Assembly: GCA_002310055.1 (NCBI GenBank)
Contig: DBXS01000034.1
Coordinates: 69,153-133,152, forward strand
DNA: 64,000 nucleotides
Source: Clostridiales bacterium UBA1206
Lineage (GTDB): Bacteria; Bacillota; Clostridia; Oscillospirales; CAG-382
Reading direction: 5' to 3'
In this document: positions 36,723-45,406 of the stretch, piece by piece
How the letters are laid out: the number at the start of each line of letters is the position of its first letter
How positions within the stretch are numbered: the first letter of the stretch is position 1
Program-made: the position numbers and the translations under genes
The notes under the pieces: generated by a model
Seen by the model: only the letters and a program-made list of their open reading frames with translations
Databases searched by the model: none
What the model was told of the DNA's origin: nothing

Positions 36723-39488
36723 ATGGCGAAACAGCATCTGTACGCCCGCGTGCCCGCAAAACTCAGTATGTTCAATAAAACCGACGGGTACGACACGTTT
36801 GCCTGTTCCGCCGGCATAACCGAGGAATTTGCCGTTAAAGAGCTTTCGTACGTTTGCGATATAAAACTTAATCCGGACGTCGCCGACGACATTCGTTCCG
36901 GAAAGCTTTCTCCGGTTTACAGCCAGTTTTCGACCCGCGACGGTATGCTCGTCCAGAGCTGCGTTACTTATCTTCCGCTCGATTATTCCGGCGAGCGCAG
37001 CACGTATATGGTGCATTCGCTGATCTCCGGAAAAGAAGAATACGTTCAGTTTTTTGCTTCGTTTGAAGACGCCGTCATAAACAAAGACGCGTTCCTTCAC
37101 GATCTTTCGTCTTTCAACGTGACGGATCCTTCGTCTAAATCGGATAGCAGCTATCCCGAAAAGCCGCTCGAACGCGTCAGGTGCGAATCGCAGAACTGGA
37201 TAGCCGAAACGTACGAGCGCGATCTGCTCAGGCGGTTCGTTTATTCCGTCTTTGCCGCGATAAGCGGTAAGATAAAAGGCGTCTTCGTTGCGCTCAAAGA
37301 TACTTCCGAACCGACTTCCGACGGATTTATAAGGTTTATAAATTCGCTGTTCAAAGTCGTGCCGTTCCATCTTCGCCCTGCGCTTTCGTTCGCTACGCGC
37401 GTTATAAATCCCGCGCAGTTTTCGGGAATAAAGCTCAAAGGAATCGCCGCCGGTATTGATACGCTCAAAGTTCCCAAGTGCGCCGTATTCGATTTTGAGT
37501 CCGGCGCTTTTACGGGCGTTAAAGACGACGACGTGAACGCAAATATCCAGGCGGTCGATTTTATCTGCTCGCTGTTCAAAAACGACGCGCTGCGCCGCGA
37601 TTTCCTCACGTTCGCCGATAAAGTCGTCGCCGCGTCTCCCTCGCTCGGCGGAACATCTTTAAATAGTCTTAACGATATAATCTGCCTTTTCCGCTGCGGC
37701 TGCGGCTTTTACGAAGAAAAGGCCGTGCTTCCCAACGACGCAAAACTGCTCGAAGTGTTAGGCGTCTACGAAAGCCACCGCAGGTCGCTCCCCGACGATT
37801 ACCGCGTTACGATAATGCGCAGCGTGAACAGATATCCCGCGTCCAGGATAGAGATACCAAAAAAGATATTTGCAAAACTGCAGAAACTGTACCCCAAAGA
37901 GATCCCCGGGACCAAGCACGTCATAATGAACGCCGTGCTCGACCTCATACACACCGACGCCATGCGCGACAAGCTTTTCGCTTTTATTAAAGCGAATTAC
38001 CGCGACGAAGACGATACTGCAAAAGCCGATATCATCCGCCACCTGTGCAGCGTTTTTTACGGCGGTTTTCTCCAGGCGCAGCTTTTGGAATTCTTTGACG
38101 AATGCTTTGGCGATTCGTCCGGCGAAAGCAGGGACGAGATAATTTCCAAGATACTGCTTGTGATCCGTACCAAATCGCTGTACGATCAGATCACCGCGTT
38201 TCTTAACGCACACTACGGCGAACTGACGCCGGAAAACCGCTCAAAAGTATACGATACCATACTTGAACAGCTGCCCGAAGGCGACGAGCTTGCGTACAGA
38301 CTTATCTGCTTTGCGGACGGTCATATCGAAAGCGAGAACAGCGAATTTGTTTCTTCGTTCGACGCACGGCTTATTAAAGCGGTGAACAAAGAGCAGAGCC
38401 GCGCCAAGCATCCTATGCTTGAAGTGATCTGCAAGACCTCCGGCCACTGTTCAAAAGCGGTCGCGGAATACGTGTTCACCGAATGCGCCGGCGCAAAGAT
38501 ATATGACGAATTCATAAACTTACAGCTTTCGGGTTCGTTTGCTTCTCAAAAGCGCTGTGTCGAATATATGTCCGAATTCTGCGGCGTGAACGACGCGGAA
38601 AAAGCCGTAACGCTTTCCGAAAAAGCGGCGGAAGTCATGCTTAACGCAAAGACCGAATATTCGCTTGGCGAACTTATAGATACCGCAAACGAATTTGACG
38701 GCTCAAGTAATGCGTTTATGTCGCTCGTTTCGCAAAAAGCGCTGTGTCCGCTCGTTTCCGCAAGGCTTACGGACGTGTTCGCGCGAACGGACGGAACTCT
38801 TACCGCGGAAGACGTCGAATCGTTCTGCGAGCGCTTTGCGCAGATAAAAAAAGACGCTCCGTACGGCGTTATCGAGAATTATCTCAACTTTAAAAGCGCT
38901 GTGATTTCGGCGCAGAACGACGAAGTGTTCAAGTACTCGGAAGCGTTCCCTCGCGACAAAAAGCTGCGTTCGCACATAGGCGCATACGCCGAAAAGGATA
39001 TTGCGGAAAAAGTTAATGAAAGCGACGTCATAAGCTACGCATCTTTCCGTTTTGCCGTTTCTTATTTGAAGACCGGCTCTTTCCGCATTGAAGACGCGTT
39101 TGACGAACTGTGCAAGTCGCGCGCTTCGTCAGCAAACGACGAAGACGATATGCAGAACGTTTTCGGTATTGCTGATAAACTTATCGAAGTCTGCGTTTCG
39201 ATCGACTCGAACCAAAGCGTTTCGCCCGAGTTCAGATCGCTCCTAACATATCAGGATTCCGGACTGTACGGAATGCTCGACCAGCTTGCAACGAGGTACG
39301 AGAAGCGCGCCGTCAGGCATCTCGAATCGGTGATAAAGCCGTACGGCGACGAACACGCGGAACTCGTTTCATTCTGCCGCGGAGTCATCCGCCGCAAAAG
39401 AAACACGTCCGGCGGCGTATTATCAGCCGTAGGCAACGCTTTCAAAAAACTCTTTGCCGGAATCAAAGGCGTTTTTACAAAAAAATAG
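36723..39488 (+). CDS. large soluble hypothetical protein, last gene of the pilus-like operon (orphan; possible GAP1-N2-like N-terminus)
   Basis: 921-aa uninterrupted ORF. GGGAGG RBS 8 nt upstream; starts 21 nt after the pilB stop. No signal peptide or TM segment seen. Mostly helical-looking and Cys-containing, with a basic C-terminal tail. Confidence 0.7.
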   Translation: MAKQHLYARVPAKLSMFNKTDGYDTFACSAGITEEFAVKELSYVCDIKLNPDVADDIRSGKLSPVYSQFSTRDGMLVQSCVTYLPLDYSGERSTYMVHSLISGKEEYVQFFASFEDAVINKDAFLHDLSSFNVTDPSSKSDSSYPEKPLERVRCESQNWIAETYERDLLRRFVYSVFAAISGKIKGVFVALKDTSEPTSDGFIRFINSLFKVVPFHLRPALSFATRVINPAQFSGIKLKGIAAGIDTLKVPKCAVFDFESGAFTGVKDDDVNANIQAVDFICSLFKNDALRRDFLTFADKVVAASPSLGGTSLNSLNDIICLFRCGCGFYEEKAVLPNDAKLLEVLGVYESHRRSLPDDYRVTIMRSVNRYPASRIEIPKKIFAKLQKLYPKEIPGTKHVIMNAVLDLIHTDAMRDKLFAFIKANYRDEDDTAKADIIRHLCSVFYGGFLQAQLLEFFDECFGDSSGESRDEIISKILLVIRTKSLYDQITAFLNAHYGELTPENRSKVYDTILEQLPEGDELAYRLICFADGHIESENSEFVSSFDARLIKAVNKEQSRAKHPMLEVICKTSGHCSKAVAEYVFTECAGAKIYDEFINLQLSGSFASQKRCVEYMSEFCGVNDAEKAVTLSEKAAEVMLNAKTEYSLGELIDTANEFDGSSNAFMSLVSQKALCPLVSARLTDVFARTDGTLTAEDVESFCERFAQIKKDAPYGVIENYLNFKSAVISAQNDEVFKYSEAFPRDKKLRSHIGAYAEKDIAEKVNESDVISYASFRFAVSYLKTGSFRIEDAFDELCKSRASSANDEDDMQNVFGIADKLIEVCVSIDSNQSVSPEFRSLLTYQDSGLYGMLDQLATRYEKRAVRHLESVIKPYGDEHAELVSFCRGVIRRKRNTSGGVLSAVGNAFKKLFAGIKGVFTKK

Positions 39489-39501
39489 TGTAAAAATACA
39501 A

Positions 39502-39538
39502 AAAGCCCGAAGTACAACATACTTTCGGGCTTTTTTCT
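39502..39538. terminator. bidirectional rho-independent terminator
   Basis: The arms aagcccgaagt / actttcgggctt form a stem followed by ttttct. It lies between convergent operons. Confidence 0.75.
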
Positions 39539-39546
39539 TTGCCGAC

Positions 39547-40575
39547 TTACAGATCGTCCGCGATCTGATAAATGAGTTTCTCGGTCTTTTCCCAACCGAG
39601 GCAAGGATCGGTTATAGATTTGCCGAAAACGTTTTCACCTATCCGCTGCGCGCCGTCTTCGAGATAGCTTTCGATCATAAGCCCCTTTACGAGCGTGCGG
39701 ATATCTGCGTTGACCTTGCGGCTGTACATCACGTCTTTTGCTATGCGAATCTGCTCGAGATACATCTTACCGGAATTTGAATGGTTGGTATCCACGATGA
39801 CCGCGGGGTTTTCGAGCCCCGATTCGTAATACACGCCGTACAGGCTTTGCAGGTTTTCGTAATGATAATTGGGCAGCGCGTTCCCTGAGTTGTCGGTGTA
39901 GCCGCGGAGCACGGCGTGCGCGAATTTGTTGCCTTTGCTTTTTACCTCCCAGCCGCGGTAGATGAACGTGTGCGGGTGCTGTGCGGCGCGTATCCCGTTG
40001 AGCATTATCGTAAGGTCGCCTTCGGTGGGGTTTTTCATACCGACCGGCACGTTGAGTCCGCTGGCGGCAAGCCTGTGCTGCTGGTCTTCTACCGATCTTG
40101 CTCCAATTGCGACGTAGGCGAGCAGATCCGAAAGATATCTGTGGTTATCGGGGTAGAGCATCTCGTCCGCGCAGGTAAAGCCGTAGTTCTTCAGCGCGCT
40201 CATATGCAGTTCTCTTATCGCGATTATCCCTTTTAGCATATCGGAACTCTGCTCGGGATCCGGCTGATGCAGCATACCTTTGTAGCCTTCGCCGGTAGTA
40301 CGCGGCTTGTTTGTGTACACGCGCGGAATTATTATAATCTTATCCTTTACGTTATCTTGAACTTTGCGCAGCCGCGAGATATATTCAAGCACCGGATCGC
40401 GGCTGTCCGCGGAACAGGGACCTATAACAAGAAGGAACTTATCTGATTCCCCCGTAAAGACTTTTTTTATCTCGCTGTCGCGCTTTATACGCACTTCTTC
40501 CATCTGCTTCGTGATAGGGAAATCACGTTTTATATCCATGGGGATGGGAAGCTTGCGGATGAATTCCATATTCAT
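39547..40575 (-). CDS. aroF: 3-deoxy-7-phosphoheptulonate (DAHP) synthase, class I-beta-like
   Basis: 342 aa. LLVIGPCSADS, a KPRT motif (YTNKPRTTGEGYKGM), and VDTNHSNSGK. Confidence 0.88.
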   Translation of the reverse strand: MNMEFIRKLPIPMDIKRDFPITKQMEEVRIKRDSEIKKVFTGESDKFLLVIGPCSADSRDPVLEYISRLRKVQDNVKDKIIIIPRVYTNKPRTTGEGYKGMLHQPDPEQSSDMLKGIIAIRELHMSALKNYGFTCADEMLYPDNHRYLSDLLAYVAIGARSVEDQQHRLAASGLNVPVGMKNPTEGDLTIMLNGIRAAQHPHTFIYRGWEVKSKGNKFAHAVLRGYTDNSGNALPNYHYENLQSLYGVYYESGLENPAVIVDTNHSNSGKMYLEQIRIAKDVMYSRKVNADIRTLVKGLMIESYLEDGAQRIGENVFGKSITDPCLGWEKTEKLIYQIADDL

Positions 40576-40581
40576 ATTACG

Positions 40582-41445
40582 TCACACTCCTCGCTCTTTA
40601 TCAAAATACCCGCGCCTTAAAGTCGAGCGCCTCATCATATCCTTGACTGTCTCGCCGTCGTCAGATCCTATCGCGTTCCTAAGGCGCTGCAGCTGTTCTG
40701 AAAACGCGTCTATCTCGGCAAGCAGATTCGCTTTGTTGAGCGAAAACAGTTCGCACCACATAGTTTCGTTTATCTTGGCTATGCGCGTGAGGTCGCGAAA
40801 CGAATCGCCGGTGTATTTATATATGTTTTCGTCGTCGCTTGCGCACATCAGTGAAACCGCTATACAGTGAGTGAGCTGCGAAAGGAAGGCGATCATCTTA
40901 TCGTGCTCGTCAACGCTCAGGCGGGAGATCCTTTCGAACCCGAGTTCACGGCCCAGCCATTCGCATATCTTTATCGCTTTTTCGGTGTTCTTTTCGGTCG
41001 GGACGACGATATAGTTCGCGTTCTTGAAGACCCTGTCGTCGGCGTTTTCAACTCCGCTGGATTCCCGGCCCGCCATAGGGTGCGCCGCTATGAATTCGAC
41101 GCCTTCGGGAAGCATTGACTGGATCTTTTCGACTATCTCGCCCTTTACGCCTGTGACGTCGGTGATGACAGCGCCTTCTTTGAACTTGCTGCCGTAACGC
41201 TCGATCCATTCGGTAAACACGTGCGGATAAAGCGCGAACACGGCGATATCGCAGGAATGTATAAGTTCTTCGTCTATTTCGGTCGTGCCGCGGTCTATTA
41301 TCCCTTGCGAAAGCGCGTAGTCGATCGAAGTTTGCGAAAGCGTTATGCAGTTGACGGTATGGCCTTTGCGTTTTAGAGCCATCGCGTAACTGCCGCCCAT
41401 AAGACCGAGCCCTATTATCAGTATGGTTTTACGTTCATTCGTCAT
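40582..41445 (-). CDS. tyrA: prephenate dehydrogenase
   Basis: 287 aa. ILIIGLGLMGGSYAMAL Rossmann motif and AAHPMAGRE. Confidence 0.88.
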   Translation of the reverse strand: MTNERKTILIIGLGLMGGSYAMALKRKGHTVNCITLSQTSIDYALSQGIIDRGTTEIDEELIHSCDIAVFALYPHVFTEWIERYGSKFKEGAVITDVTGVKGEIVEKIQSMLPEGVEFIAAHPMAGRESSGVENADDRVFKNANYIVVPTEKNTEKAIKICEWLGRELGFERISRLSVDEHDKMIAFLSQLTHCIAVSLMCASDDENIYKYTGDSFRDLTRIAKINETMWCELFSLNKANLLAEIDAFSEQLQRLRNAIGSDDGETVKDMMRRSTLRRGYFDKERGV

Positions 41446-42637
41446 ATAATTCGGCTTTTCCTCCGAGCGAGTTGAATGTTTTGAAAAAGTCAGGGAAACT
41501 CTTGTTTACGGCTTCGGCGCCAGATATTTCGCCGCCGCATACAGAAGCGAGAATACAGAAAGCCATAACTATCCGGTGATCGTTGTATCCGTCGACCGTA
41601 TGAAAAGGCGCGTGCAGTTCGGAACGCTCTATAACAAAGTTGTTTTCATAGCGTTCGACGTAGCAGCCGAAAGCGTTAAGCATTTTCTCCATCGCTTCGG
41701 CCCTGTCGCTTTCTTTGAGCGAAAGCCGCCTTGTGTTGACGAATTCGGCGCCGTTGTTCAGCGCCGCGACTGCCGCGAGCGCGGGGAACAGGTCGGGGCA
41801 ATCCGCCACGTCGATTATCGGGCAGGAAGAAGCGAGCTTGCCGAAAAGTTTAAGGCAAACGCTGTCGCCTTGCAGCGTCGGCTCGCTGAGCCCGTTCACG
41901 CGCACGTTTCCGCCGCAGAAAGTGTATGCGTAAAGATACGCCGCGTTGGACCAGTCGGCTTCGACGATTTCGGAAACCGCTCTGAGCCTTTGACTTTCGC
42001 AGCAGAAAACGTTTCCGCTTTGTTTGATCACGGCGCCGTGCGCGCCGAGCTCCGAAATCGTGAGATCTATATACGGCTTGCTTTCGATATCACCCGTGAC
42101 GGCAAGATACAGTTTTACACGCATAAGCGGCGACGCCATAAGCATTCCGCTTATAAACTGGCTGCTGTTCGCGCCGCTCACAGCCACGCATCCGCCGTCA
42201 AGCTTGCCGGAAATTTTCAGCGTCTCGTCTTCAAGTACAAAACCGATACCGCGTTTTTCGCATATTATTCTGTATTCATTAAGCGGACGGCTTAGCAGTC
42301 TCCCTTTGCCTTTGAATACGAAACGTCCGCCCAAAGCGAGGCATATCGGTATAAAGAACCGCAGCGTGCTGCCGCTTTCACCGCAATCGAGAGCGGCGTT
42401 ATTTATGCTTCTGTCGATGCCGGTCAGAACTGTGACGACGTCGCCGTTTATGATATATTTTGCGCCCAGCGCGGACATACAGCGCAGAGTGGCGCGTATA
42501 TCGTCGGATAATTCAATTCCGCACACTTTTCCGCCGCCTGCGATCAGAGCGCATATCAGCATCCTGTGCGCGTAGCTTTTGGAAGGCGTCGCGCTGACCG
42601 TTCCGCACGGCAGGGAGGGAAGTATTACCGCTTTCAT
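41435..42637 (-). CDS. aroA: 3-phosphoshikimate 1-carboxyvinyltransferase (EPSP synthase)
   Basis: 400 aa. PSKSYAHRMLI, LDCGESGSTLRF, LKESDR, DHRIVMAF. Confidence 0.93.
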   Translation of the reverse strand: MKAVILPSLPCGTVSATPSKSYAHRMLICALIAGGGKVCGIELSDDIRATLRCMSALGAKYIINGDVVTVLTGIDRSINNAALDCGESGSTLRFFIPICLALGGRFVFKGKGRLLSRPLNEYRIICEKRGIGFVLEDETLKISGKLDGGCVAVSGANSSQFISGMLMASPLMRVKLYLAVTGDIESKPYIDLTISELGAHGAVIKQSGNVFCCESQRLRAVSEIVEADWSNAAYLYAYTFCGGNVRVNGLSEPTLQGDSVCLKLFGKLASSCPIIDVADCPDLFPALAAVAALNNGAEFVNTRRLSLKESDRAEAMEKMLNAFGCYVERYENNFVIERSELHAPFHTVDGYNDHRIVMAFCILASVCGGEISGAEAVNKSFPDFFKTFNSLGGKAELYDE

Positions 42638-43074
42638 AGCTTTTTGCAGGCGATTTCAGCCAGCTTGTCTATCGCTTCGGTATATCCGCTCGTGCCGTGG
42701 CCGACGATCGAGCATACGCAAACATCGCGCACGTAACTTACGGCGCGGAAACTTTCACGCGCGGAAATATCCGAAATATGCACTTCCGCGGCGGGTATCT
42801 GCACAGCTTTGAGCGCGTCGGCGATCGCAATGCTCGTATGGGTATACGCCGCAGGATTTATAACGATACCGTCGTATTTTCCGTTCGCTTTCTGTATGAC
42901 GTCGATCATCCTGCCTTCGTGGTTCGACTGGAAAAGTTTGACTCTTATTCCGCGCTCGCGGCAATAAGACTTGATATCGCGTGCTAACTGCGCGTACGTT
43001 TGAGTACCGTATATCTGCGGTTCGCGTATTCCCAGCATATTAATATTCGGGCCGTTTATAACGAGGATTTTCAT
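42634..43074 (-). CDS. aroQ: type II 3-dehydroquinate dehydratase
   Basis: Internal ATG at 43074 (ATGA overlap with the upstream stop). MKILVINGPNINMLGIREPQIYG, FQSNHEG, NPAAYTHTS. Confidence 0.93.
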   Translation of the reverse strand: MKILVINGPNINMLGIREPQIYGTQTYAQLARDIKSYCRERGIRVKLFQSNHEGRMIDVIQKANGKYDGIVINPAAYTHTSIAIADALKAVQIPAAEVHISDISARESFRAVSYVRDVCVCSIVGHGTSGYTEAIDKLAEIACKKL

Positions 43075-44309
43075 ATCTGCAACACCTCCAGAAGATCTGC
43101 TGCGCATTTTTCGGGCGTGACGGACGCCGAAAAACGAATATCGCAGCGCGTTTCGTAAAGCGGTAAGCGTTCTTTGTACATTGCCGTAAGTTTTTCATAA
43201 CTTGAGGAAAGCGGTCGGTCGCTGTATACTTTCAGCTCGTCGAACGGTCGGTCGATGAAAACTATCTTTCCGTTCATCCTGAGTTTTCTTATATTACCTT
43301 CGTCAAGTATCGCTCCGCCGCCGGTAGAGATCACGGCGCCGCTGATCTTAGCGATCTCGGATATTATATCGCATTCGATATTCCTGAACTCGCGCTCTCC
43401 GCGTTCGGCGATTATCTCGTGCGGATATCTGCCGGTCTTTTCGCGGATCAGAAGATCGGTGTCGTAAAACGGTCTGCCTGTCTTTGCGGAAATAATACGC
43501 GCAAGCGTGGTCTTGCCCGAACCCGGCATTCCCGTAAGGACTGTGTTTTCCTTTTGCTTGAGCAGCTTTCCGTATATTTCTTCCGTAAGGCTATCGTCGA
43601 AATGTTTGCAAACGAACTTTTCGCTCGCGCTGACCGCTTGAGCGACTAGCATATACAGACCGGCTTCCGCTTTGATACCGAGCGAGCGTGAACGCATAAC
43701 GAGATCCGTGCGCAGCGGATTATAGACGACGTCGACAACGCCTTTCAAGCACTTGAAACGCGCCACGTCGGCGGCGCATCCGTAAATATGCGGCCAGGTG
43801 CCGCAGGGCGTCGTGTTGATGATATAATTCGCGTCGGCGTGTTCTTCGTACGAACGCTCATAGGTCACGCTTCCGGGCTTTTCGGTGCGCGATAGGAATA
43901 TGATATTTGCCGCGCCCAGTTTATTCGCCGCGGCGTACGCGGTGCGCGAAGTTGCGCCGGTGCCGCAGATAAGCACTTTAGCGCTTTTTAAATCGAATCC
44001 GCCGTGATTTATAAGCGCGCAGAGTCCGGTGATATCGGTATTATAGCCGTAAAGAACGCCGTCTTTGTTCACGACGGTATTCACAGCGCCGATAGCGAGC
44101 GCGTCGGGGTCGATGACGTCGATATATTCCATAACTGCGCGTTTATACGGATTCGTCACGTTAATACCTATAAAATCGCGCGCGGTCATAAAGGCTCGAA
44201 GCTCGTCGGGCCTCAGCGCGCGCGGTTCATAGCCGTAACCGCCGATCATATTGTGTATGTCTTTAGAAAAACTGTGTTCGAGCGACTCGCCGATAAGACC
44301 GTATTTCAT
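43071..44309 (-). CDS. bifunctional shikimate dehydrogenase / shikimate kinase (AroE-AroK fusion)
   Basis: Internal ATG at 44309 (ATGA overlap with the aroC stop). N-terminal half: YGLIGESLEHSFSKDIHN, NVTNPYK, NTD. C-terminal half: LTGMPGSGKTTLARI Walker A and STGGG. Confidence 0.88.
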   Translation of the reverse strand: MKYGLIGESLEHSFSKDIHNMIGGYGYEPRALRPDELRAFMTARDFIGINVTNPYKRAVMEYIDVIDPDALAIGAVNTVVNKDGVLYGYNTDITGLCALINHGGFDLKSAKVLICGTGATSRTAYAAANKLGAANIIFLSRTEKPGSVTYERSYEEHADANYIINTTPCGTWPHIYGCAADVARFKCLKGVVDVVYNPLRTDLVMRSRSLGIKAEAGLYMLVAQAVSASEKFVCKHFDDSLTEEIYGKLLKQKENTVLTGMPGSGKTTLARIISAKTGRPFYDTDLLIREKTGRYPHEIIAERGEREFRNIECDIISEIAKISGAVISTGGGAILDEGNIRKLRMNGKIVFIDRPFDELKVYSDRPLSSSYEKLTAMYKERLPLYETRCDIRFSASVTPEKCAADLLEVLQI

Positions 44310-45406
44310 ATGTTTTCCTTTGCAAGATAATCGGTGCCGTACTTTATGCACAGCATATCCGCTACGCAGAACGCCGTCAACGCGTCGACGACGGCCCTGA
44401 CGCGGTGGACGATGCACGGGTCGTGCCTGCCGTTTACGGAAATTACCGCGTTTTCTTTTGTACATATATTCACCGTGTTTTGTTTGACCGAAACGGAAGG
44501 AGTCGGCTTGACGGCGCATCTGAAAATAACGGGCATTCCGTTGGCGATACCGCCGTTAATTCCGCCGTTATTGTTAGTCGTTGTAAATATCCTGCCGTTT
44601 TCAGCGCGGAATTCGTCGTTGCATTCGCTGCCGCGCATATCCGCGACGGCAAAACCGGCGCCGAATTCTACGCCTTTCACTCCGCCTATAGAAAACATCG
44701 CGTGCGATATGACGCTTTCAACGGAATCGAAAAACGGTTCGCCGACTCCGGCCGGAATGCCGTCTACAACGGTTTCCAGCACGCCGCCTACGCTGTCGCC
44801 GGCAGAAGCTGCAAGTTTTATGTTTTCTGCCATTCTTGCCGCCGATACGTCGTCAAGCACGGCGAAACGTTTGTTTTCGAGTATTTCTATATCTTTTGGG
44901 ATATCGCCGAAACTTCTGTCGTCAATCCCCGCGCAGCGCAGTATGTGAGTGGCTATGCGCACGCCTTTTGCGCGCAGCGCGCCGTTTACTATCGCTCCCG
45001 CGGCGCAAAGCGCTGAAGTGACTCTTCCGCTGAAATGTCCGCCGCCGTTGGGGTCGGAAAAGCCGTTATACTTGTAAAAAGCGGTGAGATCGGCGTGCCC
45101 GGGCCGCGCAAGACCGGATATTTCCTTATAATTTTCGCTGTTTATATCTATGTTAGGTATGACGATGCAGACCGGCGTTCCCTGAGTGAAGCCCTTGTAT
45201 ACGCCGCTTATGATCGAATACTCGTCTTTTTCGCGCCGAGTTGTCGAAATATCGCCGAACGGCCTTCTGTTGAAAAGCGCTTTCTCTATGCTTTCGCGAT
45301 TTACGGGGATTCCCGGGGAAAGCCCGTCGATTACCGCGCCGATAGCTTGTCCGTGGCTTTCGCCGAACACAGTAACGGTGAGAACGCTGCCGAACGTATT
45401 TTTCAT
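44306..45406 (-). CDS. aroC: chorismate synthase
   Basis: 366 aa. FGESHG, RPGHADL, GGGHFSGR, GRHDPC. Confidence 0.95.
   Translation of the reverse strand: MKNTFGSVLTVTVFGESHGQAIGAVIDGLSPGIPVNRESIEKALFNRRPFGDISTTRREKDEYSIISGVYKGFTQGTPVCIVIPNIDINSENYKEISGLARPGHADLTAFYKYNGFSDPNGGGHFSGRVTSALCAAGAIVNGALRAKGVRIATHILRCAGIDDRSFGDIPKDIEILENKRFAVLDDVSAARMAENIKLAASAGDSVGGVLETVVDGIPAGVGEPFFDSVESVISHAMFSIGGVKGVEFGAGFAVADMRGSECNDEFRAENGRIFTTTNNNGGINGGIANGMPVIFRCAVKPTPSVSVKQNTVNICTKENAVISVNGRHDPCIVHRVRAVVDALTAFCVADMLCIKYGTDYLAKENI

Noticed and set aside
35034-37370. A 778-aa ORF antisense to pilB and the 921-aa gene. Other very long antisense ORFs occur at 25931-27940 (669 aa), 53575-55083 (502 aa), 55704-56912 (402 aa), 9827-10939 (370 aa), 1205-2248, 6572-7492 and 18079-19098.
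   Set aside because: Each lies entirely opposite a gene with clear family motifs. Their translations are Arg/Val/Gly/Phe-rich, low in complexity and free of recognisable motifs. No RBS or promoter context supports them. They are most simply explained by sense-strand codon bias removing stop codons from the antisense frame.
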